Positions 60,541-61,744 of a stretch of DNA of 61,744 nucleotides are shown in pieces; positions within the stretch are counted from its first letter, which is position 1, and every line of letters begins with the position of its first letter. The notes below the pieces were generated by a model, which did not search any database, was not told the DNA's origin, and was given only the letters and a program-made list of their open reading frames with translations. The DNA is from an uncultured Bacteroidota bacterium (GTDB lineage Bacteria > Bacteroidota > Bacteroidia > Flavobacteriales > Flavobacteriaceae): contig CAIRMK010000210.1 in NCBI GenBank assembly GCA_903879645.1, positions 1-61,744 of the forward strand, written 5' to 3'. A program made the position numbers and the translations under genes.

Positions 60541-61639
60541 ATGAACTACGAATTCAAACGATTAAAATCCTTTCTTCAAGCCGATTCCAGAGTGGGAATT
60601 TCATTCTTTTTCAACGGAAAAAGATATAGGTATTACAACGCAAAAATTTTGAATCTTGATCTGCAACCAAATCAATGTGAGGATCCAGAAAAACAAATCA
60701 AATTGCATGAAATGTTAATTGCATTTCAAAACATGTTGGAGAAAGGTTGGAGACCAACCGATGCAATCAAAAATGATGTTGAAGTAAAAATTGAAAACAT
60801 ATTACTTGAGCATGCAGGACAACAAGCATTGAAACAAAAGTTGTCAGTAAAGTACAGTTCTTATTATGTACGCGATTTAAAAAAAGCGGCAAGTTGTATT
60901 GACAACTTTGTCAAGATCCAACAGTACAGAAATCTTAAATTTTCTGAATTTGATATTTCCAAAGCAAGAGAATTGTTGCGATTCACAAGTGATTCTTCAA
61001 GAGTACAATTCAATTTCAAGATTGTTTACTCTGCGTTACTTGGTGAAATGTTTGAAGCCTATAAACTTCCGAATCCATTCAAATCAATCAAACTTAAGAA
61101 GAAAGAAGAAGTCCTTCACAAACCAATCAAGGATGTAAAATGTACATTAGAGGAAATTTCACAATACAATATAGATTTACATGTGTGCTGTTTGATTACA
61201 TATGGTTGTTTGTTACGACCGCATGTTGAAATTCGTAATTTGAAATGGGGATTTTGCAGATGATATGAGTTATATCAGTTTGTCAGGTTCAAGAAACAAA
61301 GGAAAGAAAAACAGGATTGTTCCTGTTCCTAATTTTGTAAGAGAGAGACTCAATAGAGGCGAAGATGAAAACAACATCTTTTCAGGAAATCCATACGCAT
61401 ATAATGAAGATTACTTCAAGACACTTTGGTCAAGGTATAAAAAGAAGTCAAAGATTTTGAAACAACACAACACACTTTATAGTTTCAGACATACTGGTGC
61501 AATTAAGGTTTATGAGAAAACAGGTGACTTGACAAAATTGCAGCATGTAATGGGACATAGTACCTTGCAAGTTACCCTTACTTATTTGAGAGGATTGGAA
61601 ATAAAACAATTGTCCGTTTCTGATATGCCAGAGTTATGA
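60541..61639 (+). pseudogene. Tyrosine recombinase/integrase split by a frameshift near 61247-61250
   Basis: Frame 1 carries YGCLLRPHVEIRNLKW (catalytic Arg). Frame 2 continues DFADDMSYISL..RNKGKKNRIVP..YSFRHT..MGHS..TLTY (K, HxxR-like, H and Y). Confidence 0.85.
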
Positions 61640-61744
61640 TGGTTGATAACTATTTTGTGAGAAAGATTTCCAAACACTTTTTTACTTCTGTAAATTTGTG
61701 GAATCATGAAATTACGAAGCACACATATTACACCCACATTGGAA

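Larger units (their letters stand above)
60427..61744. mobile_element. Left boundary of a tRNA-Met-integrated genomic island/prophage/IME (continues past the window)
   Basis: tRNA 3' fragment, GTGTCACAA arm-like repeats and an adjacent tyrosine integrase. Confidence 0.8.

Noticed and set aside
61691-61744. -7 box and ATG (61706) of a next island gene
   Set aside because: Only 13 codons are visible before the window ends.

Overview
AT-rich chromosomal segment of a Flavobacterium-like (Bacteroidota) organism, judged from the porG-uppS-bamA-ompH block, a T9SS cargo gene and TAnnTTTG promoters. Most of it is housekeeping: ubiE/menG, folA, thyA, etfAB, pdhB, membrane pyrophosphatase, cytochrome oxidase subunit III/IV and assembly genes, tolC-MFP, tsaB, murI, bamA, nadK, pdxJ, tig-clpP-clpX, dnaA, ribD, prmC and hisS. 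A 2684-aa T9SS-secreted adhesin-like gene follows. The right end is the boundary of a tyrosine-integrase element inserted at a tRNA-Met(CAT) gene, with a displaced 3' tRNA half, arm-type repeats and a frameshifted integrase. The most unusual signal is a GC-rich element that occurs twice. It is a tandem array of 14-bp near-palindromes (CAGCAACRTTGCTG) with 6-7 nt G-rich linkers and a 20-21 bp period. One copy has 12 units (~19.5 kb, beside an EEP nuclease gene). The other has 3 units (~41.8 kb, upstream of an uncharacterised 124-aa gene). The two copies share a 33/34-identical 3' flank. A second dispersed pattern is a set of 7-nt-periodic repeat arrays and hairpins at gene junctions, one of which lies inside a signal-peptide coding region. 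All calls come from reading the sequence by eye; no database searches were run.
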